Of a stretch of 64,000 bases of DNA, positions 60,486-64,000 are shown in pieces. The notes beneath the pieces were generated by a model that saw only the letters and a program-made list of their open reading frames with translations, made no database searches and was not told where the DNA came from. This DNA is from Octopus vulgaris (Eukaryota): NCBI GenBank assembly GCA_951406725.2, contig OX597817.1, positions 123,938,001-124,002,000 on the forward strand, written 5' to 3'. Position numbers and translations under genes: made by a program. Position 1 is the stretch's first letter. The number at the start of each line of letters is the position of its first letter.

Positions 60486-61159
60486 CAAAGGTGGACTGAA
60501 AAGTTCACAGGCTGACTATGAAGGAATGATGATAGAGTTGTGAGATCTTGCATACATTAATTTCAACTAGTTTTATTAATAATTGCATTGTTTTGTTCCA
60601 TGTAAACTGACATCTGACTGTTCAAAGAAGACTGCAAATGTAACTAATAGAAACTTCTCTTCAAAATAAACAAAATTTGGCATTGTGGTGTCATCAAAAA
60701 GAGTTTGGTCCCCAAGGACATACATACTGACACTTCAAAAGTGGGCAACAGAATTTGGGAGGTGAACAATGAGTCTTCCTACCCTGATGTAATCTCCAGG
60801 GATACAGGCATCCCACTCTCCTACCCTGATGTAATCTCCAGGGATACAGGCATCCAGCAACAGGACCTCCGTAATGCTATGATGGACCGTGAAGTCTGGC
60901 GTAGCATGGTAAATTCCATTGTCTCAACCACGGTCGAACAATGATGATGATGATGAGTCTTGAAGATGACCCAAGGTCCAGATGTCCTGCAACTGCCATT
61001 ACTGAGGAAAACATTGATTGTGTTCACCACATGGTGATGAATGACAGGCAATTGACTAGAAATCAAATAACTAATGCTGTTATCATATTCTGTGAGAGAG
61101 GTGAGAATATTTTGTTCAATGAATTTGGCATGACAAAAGTTTTTGCTGGGTGGGTGCCT
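60486..61159 (+). mobile_element. mariner transposon 5' remnant, interrupted by an RTE fragment
   Basis: TA + caaaggtggactgaaaagttc TIR-like start; peptide EDDPRSRCPATAITEENID...DRQLT...GMTKVFAGWVP (WVP motif). Confidence 0.82.
60778..60952 (+). mobile_element. 5'-truncated RTE-like LINE 3' end with (ATG)n tail
   Basis: SYPDVISRDTGIQQQDLRNAMMDREVWRSMV...EQ*; TSD atgagtctt at 60769-60777 and 60953-60961. Confidence 0.8.
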
Positions 61160-61377
61160 ATAATAGAAAAGATTATTATTATTATTGTTCCTGGTATCAT
61201 TTGTTTTATTGTTGTTGTTAATATAAGAATTCTTTCATTGTGCCGGATAATTATTTTTATTTGTGATTTACTACTGACCTCTTTATCACCTATGGATTAT
61301 CTGTACTACTAGTACCAATGAGATCCCATGTTAAAGATCATGTTGTCTTCCTCTTCTTCTTCTTCTTCTTCTTCTTC

Positions 61378-61406
<29 letters not shown>

Positions 61407-61408
<2 letters not shown>

Positions 61409-61665
61409 GATGGCAAGTTGGCAGAATTCTTTTCGACCCTAGGCTCAAGGTCCAAAATTTGGTGGGAGGGGGCCAGTCGATAAGATAGAGCCCAGTATGC
61501 AACTGGTACCTAATTTATCGACTCCGAAAGGATGAAAGGCAAAGTCGACCTCAGAAGAATTTGAACTCAGAACATAAAGACAGGCGAAATACCACTAAGC
61601 ATTTTGCCGATGAGCTGTCAGAATTGTTAACATGCTGGATGAAATGCTTAGCAGTACTCTGCCCG
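61407..61665. mobile_element. Rearranged/nested SINE family B pieces in (ATT)n
   Basis: Plus-strand head pieces at ~61407 and ~61610 flank a minus-strand copy ~61437-61608. Confidence 0.7.
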
Positions 61666-61702
<37 letters not shown>

Positions 61703-62429
61703 CATTATTATTATTTTATTTGTCTTGATTTTATCTGTATTTATTTCATCCTTTTTTCATCCTATTTTATACTTATTGTCTTGTTTCCTCCCTCTGTAAG
61801 CAACAATAGATGTTCCTTGCATAACGTATGAACATGGGACTTTATGCTAGTCTGATAAAGTTTCACTCCAATATAATCAGTCATGCATATTATATAATTT
61901 TTTACATGAAATCTTTTACATGCAGTTGCATTAGAACTAGAGTGGCACAGAAACAATTGTAACTAATAACCAAGTTGTACTAAATTCATTCTTCATTTTT
62001 TAATTATAAGTTACACTAATGCTCCCAGAATTCCTGCACTAATGGAACTTCAATTTTTTCATGATTCCAATATAATTCTGTACATAGCCAGGATTTTGAG
62101 TTGAGTACCAGATTGGAAATACACTGATTTGTCTTCCTTGTAGAACCATCACGATTATATTAGAAGGAATAAACATCGGTATTTCTGGTGCCATTGGTCT
62201 TATTTGGGTTGTCAGTATTGTTTTCATTCTTTCAATATAGCTGTGAAGGTTGAAAGAATAAAAACAATACTAACCGTTGATATGACATCATCATCACTAC
62301 ACTTGAGATATCTTGTCCAAGAACAAACAAGCAAAAAAACATGACTGAAAACAATACCTCCGCCTTAGCAAAGGTGGAGGTAAAAACGAGAATGGAAATA
62401 AGACAAGAATAAAGAAATGATAATGAAAA

Positions 62430-62655
62430 CAATCCTTTCTACTATATGCACAAAGTCTGAGATATTAAGTGGTGTGGAGGCTAGTCGATTATATCAAACC
62501 CAGTTCTTGACTGGTACTTATACCGTCAGCCCAAAAAGGATAAAAGGATAAAAGGCAAAAGTTGACCATGGCAGAATTTGAACTCAGAGCCTAAATCCAG
62601 AAGAAAAGTTGCTAAGCATTTTGTCTGGTGTGTTAATGATTCTGCTATCTCACCA
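62430..62655 (-). mobile_element. SINE family B, degenerate
   Basis: ctggtactta...aaaggataaaaggcaaaagttgacc.tggcagaatttgaactcaga. Confidence 0.72.
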
Positions 62656-62674
62656 TTGTATATTTCTACAGCTC

Positions 62675-62716
62675 TACTGCTACAACTACAACAACAACAA
62701 CTATCACCACCACCAC

Positions 62717-62750
<34 letters not shown>

Positions 62751-62820
62751 AGAAGAAGAAGAAGAAGAAGAAGAAGAAGAACAACAACAACAACAACAAC
62801 AACAAGAGGAGGAGGAGAAA
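62675..62820. repeat. Compound trinucleotide microsatellite (CAA/GAT/GAA/GAG)
   Basis: Seen directly. Confidence 0.93.
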
Positions 62821-63756
62821 GAACTAATTAAAATAAGGGTTTACTAAGACCATTAAGGAACAAAAGCTAGAGATAAGTAAAAGCATAAATAATGAGGATG
62901 ATGATGATGAGGTTGGGTTGCAGTGTTGAAAGGAGAAAATTAAATAAGCATTAGTGTGAGGACCCAGTAATAGTGAACCTAGAGATCTACTAGGGGAAAG
63001 GAGAAGTTACTGGCAATAAAACTCAAGTGTTTGTTAGGTTATTGGTAAAGATAATGATTCTTCATTGAAATGACTAGAGCCTAAAATTAGGTTTAGGAAA
63101 GGAAAGATGAGGAAAAGTAGGGAAAGAGAAAAGGAAAGATGAGGAAAAGTAGGGAAAGAGAAGGGGAGAGAAACTATTCAGACATACATCCAAATACTTA
63201 GCAATGACCCTCAACCTAAATAATGGAAGGAAAAGGTGAAAAAAATCACTGTTTATAAAAACAAGTGTGCCAATAAATAACTAAATAAATAAATTAGATG
63301 AAAATAAATTAGGATAAGGCTTAATTAAAAATTCCAATTAAGTATCAGAGTGAAAATGTATTAAGAAAATAAATAGCTTGTTGCAAGGTGGTTCATGTGT
63401 TAGTTAAATCTACTGTGTCATAATGATAGAGAGTAGAATATGCTACCACTTGAATGGATGCAAGAAGGTGATTTAAGAGGCCATAGTGAGATGAAATTGA
63501 AAGTAGTCTATTCTAGTCCAAAACAAGTACCTCATTGACTGCTGTTAGTTAATTGAAGAAAGGGAAATGTAATAATGCTGGAATACAATTATATAACTTA
63601 GAAATCCATAAAATAAGAAGCTGATACCCGATGCAGTCAGAAATGAACAAAGCTATACAAGGAGAGTAGTTGCTAGTGAGTTAATTCGACCAAATATAGA
63701 GGAAAATTACAAGCAAGCATTCAGGATTAAGGATAAAGGAACCCAAAATTTAGGGT

Positions 63757-64000
63757 CATCATCATCATCATCATCGTTTAACGTCTGCTTTCCATGCAAG
63801 CATGGGTTGGACGATTTGATTGAGGTCTGGCGAACCAGATGACTGCTCCAGACTCCAATCTGATCTGACAGAGTTTCTACAGCTGGATGCCCTTCCTAAT
63901 GCCAACTACTCCGAGAGTGTAGTGGGTGCTTTTACGTGCCACTGGCACGAGGGCCAGTTATGTGGTACTGGCAACAGCCACGCACAAATGGTGCTTTTTA
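63757..64000 (-). mobile_element. Family F SINE-like element, runs off window end
   Basis: Reverse complement of 32610-32846. Confidence 0.85.

Noticed and set aside
62578-62847. Poly-Q/M/E ORF resembling a low-complexity protein
   Set aside because: Begins inside an antisense SINE and runs through compound trinucleotide repeats; no splice or domain evidence.

Overview
AT-rich, repeat-saturated animal non-coding DNA. The SINE and microsatellite content suggests an octopus or other coleoid cephalopod (inference). No intact host protein-coding gene is supported: most ORF-track entries are microsatellite translations and the rest are decayed transposon fragments (R4/Dong-like RT and endonuclease, Penelope GIY-YIG, CR1-like and RTE 3' ends, mariner and maT/DD37D transposases). 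The window also holds at least five SINE-like families, non-autonomous Helitrons, MITEs, and a ~7.8 kb near-identical duplication flanking a 100-N gap (probably an uncollapsed haplotype). Three items stand out. (1) At 14890-15724, a TGT...ACA element with a 4-bp TSD is built as single LTR + extended tRNA-Trp complement + inverted LTR end. (2) Nested inside it is a 300-bp fold-back element with two minimal hammerhead-ribozyme folds in which the core C3-G8 pair is swapped to G3-C8. (3) Several other unrelated short elements carry minimal hammerhead folds, one with a tRNA-like head and one present in only one copy of the duplication. All coordinates, folds and family names were read by eye and not computed.
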